From the NCBI GenBank assembly GCA_002633005.1, contig NMRA01000234.1, positions 431,535-495,534 of the forward strand: 64,000 nt of DNA, given 5' to 3'. The position numbers were made by a program, and so were the translations under genes. Positions 62,646 to 64,000 of this stretch are shown here, piece by piece. The notes beneath the pieces were generated by a model. The model worked only from the letters and a program-made list of their open reading frames with translations, did not search any database and was not told the DNA's origin. The DNA is from Phoronis australis. Taxonomy: Eukaryota > Animalia > Phoronida. How positions within the stretch are numbered: the stretch's first letter is position 1; every line of letters starts with the position of its first letter.

Positions 62646-64000
62646 AGAGTTGTCTTGGCCATCTTTTGGACGGCTAGAATTTGCTTTAGGCGGTTTCAGT
62701 GGCAGACAAAAGTAAGAAAAGAATGGCACTGATTTAAAACGTAGCTTGAAATGATGGCCATTTTCTTGACTCTCTCGTCCGAGCGGCCATCGCTCAAATA
62801 GTTCAGCAATCTGTCATTTCCCAAATAAGAAATTTACCGCTCAAAGATGCATTCTTAGTGCTTATATGAATATTCCGTCTGCCCTGCGACACTGGTCAGA
62901 GGTACTGGCAGCAGTATTAAAAGGGTCCACTCACCTTTGAATCGAAACACTTTTGACAAACCGTATTGGTTTTTGCTTGTGTATTTCTCACTTTGACGAA
63001 TACTGTTGGTTGCTTTTGGTGCATGTCTCACTGTCATTGGCCAATCTCATTGCCAAAGTTGTTGCATTGGCTGCATTATATCTGTGACTCATACACCTTT
63101 TAAAAATTTGCCATACTGTTTACTTTCTTTGATAGCCGTGGTGCGGGAAATTTGTATTTTGGAGGGAGCAATTTCAGTATTTTGGACCGCCAGTGCCATC
63201 CCTGGCTTAAGTTCTGTTATGGATTGACTGGCACCCACCATGTGCGTTGCATGGACGTCTTATTGTTATGCTAAGCAATCAGATTTCAGGGACTATGTTG
63301 CAAAATACCAAACATATATTCTGATATGATGCCGAGCTGCACACAAGTTTAACTACTAAAGCTGTTATGTGTATCAGCATGATATGTTGACACCAAGGTT
63401 TGCTACAAAAAATACACTGGTAATCTTAATACTGTATTAATCTCCCCTGCACGGGAAGAATGCACGTACTACATAGTTCTTCACATCGCTGAGTTAATTT
63501 TGCACTGAGGAAGTCAAGTCAAAGATACTCGATAAACAGTCTATGGTTAAATGAATTAATCATCACATGACATGTACATGATTAGAGTGATTAAAATGGA
63601 CCCACAGTATCATAAAGGCAAAAATAGCCACTTTGAATGCTGGGGAGTGACATTTTTGTTGACTCTGGATGTTGCGTTTGATTCACCAATGAATTTCCGC
63701 TCTAAAACTCAAATTTTTCCAAGCAAATGACTGTATACATTTCATATCAATAACTCCCCAAGATAACATTTCAAAGGTTAAAAAAGTGACGTCAAAACGG
63801 TATCCTCACTGGCAAGTCAAAACTCAATTTACGGCAGCCAGTATTCTGGCAGTCAATATTCTGGCGCATTGAAGTAGATGATTATAGATATACCATAGTT
63901 ACATATTGTGATGATGCGTCTTGCCAGCTCGTATAACTAGTGAAATCTCTCTAATGTATCATTTTTGGGATGTGGAGATAACAGTTGACATTAAGCGCAA

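Noticed and set aside
62650-63240. Coding-looking segment on the - strand
   Set aside because: All frames are interrupted and I could not recognise any domain. It may be a decayed transposon, but this is unsupported.

Overview
AT-rich, intron-rich animal genomic DNA, probably a marine invertebrate draft assembly, with N gaps and haplotype duplications joined at single Ns. Five host genes can be read by hand. (1) The 3' part of a peroxisomal D-amino-acid/D-aspartate oxidase (+, 1756-10701, ends in PTS1 AKL). (2) A two-exon GT10 alpha-1,3-fucosyltransferase (+, 20190-27878); its membrane-anchor exon is not in the ORF track and its FENS motif reads FESL. (3) A complete 7-exon NUDT6-like Nudix hydrolase (-, 43224-32148). 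(4) Mitochondrial rescue factor MTRFR/C12orf65 (-, 48107-45357). (5) The 5' exons of an unidentified gene (+, 49291 onward), head-to-head with MTRFR. The rest is mostly decayed mobile DNA: four TTAA-flanked Kolobok-type elements (THAP remnants, two with convergent KolX/P2X7-ballast-like remnants), a Merlin (ISXO2-like) transposon with long inverted arms and a solo LTR in one arm, a Gypsy relic with integrase upstream of RT (Gmr1-like), LINE relics, MITEs and minisatellites. The most unusual signal is three fold-back elements whose arms carry outward-facing tRNA-derived heads and/or hammerhead-ribozyme cores (28674-29035, 37255-38020, 42488-42918). All calls are by eye; no searches were run.
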